Below are positions 63,690 to 64,000 of a stretch of 64,000 bases of DNA, one piece after another. The stretch's first letter is position 1. The number at the start of each line of letters is the position of its first letter. This DNA is from Lama guanicoe (taxonomy: Eukaryota). The DNA lies in NCBI GenBank assembly GCA_013239625.1, contig MU053754.1, positions 927,379-991,378 on the forward strand, written 5' to 3'. A program made the translations under genes and the position numbers. A model generated the notes under the pieces. It worked only from the letters and a program-made list of their open reading frames with translations, had not been told where the DNA came from and ran no database searches.

Positions 63690-64000
63690 TGTCAGGGTTC
63701 TGCACCCAAAGCCAGTGTGTGTGTGGGGGGGTTCCCCACACCACCGACTCTCGGACACCGGTGGGGTGTCCTACAGTTCAGCTCAGTTCTGACGCGTTCT
63801 ACCCACAGACGGCATCAGACCCCAAGGGTCGGGGCTCCTAAAGGCTCAGTCCCTAAAGACCACGTCTCCCACCTGCAGACACCGGTCCCAAGTCTAGGTT
63901 GTCACCTGTGCATCTGATGACCTCTTATAGATCAAAAGTTCCGAAGACCCCCCCCAGACAACCTCCTTAGATGCAATTAATTTGCAAGAGCGGCTCATAG
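63690..64000. mobile_element. MER21-like LTR, running off the window end
   Basis: ggggtgtcctacagttcagctcagttctgac...aggttgtcacctgtgc...aattaatttgcaagagcggctca matches recalled MER21 motifs. Confidence 0.7.

Overview
Mammalian genomic DNA, most likely from a camelid, judged from three tRNA-derived vic-1-type SINEs and cetartiodactyl-type L1 ends. The right third holds the 3' end of ANOS1 (KAL1, anosmin-1) on the minus strand: six coding exons matching human exons 9-14 with canonical GT-AG splice sites and a continuous frame, then a ~3.8 kb 3' UTR. The left ~40 kb has no recognisable host gene and is filled with L1, L2, MIR, LTR and DNA-transposon relics. The structures worth a second look are a 2.1 kb tandem duplication whose breakpoint cuts a twin-primed L1, a TSD-flanked L1 with its 5' terminus fused directly to late ORF2, nested L1s, GC/CpG-shifted repeats and exons suggesting GC-biased gene conversion (possibly pseudoautosomal), and an L1 orientation flip at the ANOS1 3' end. 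I cannot support a wholly new biological system from this sequence. Human comparisons and repeat family names are from memory, not from database searches.
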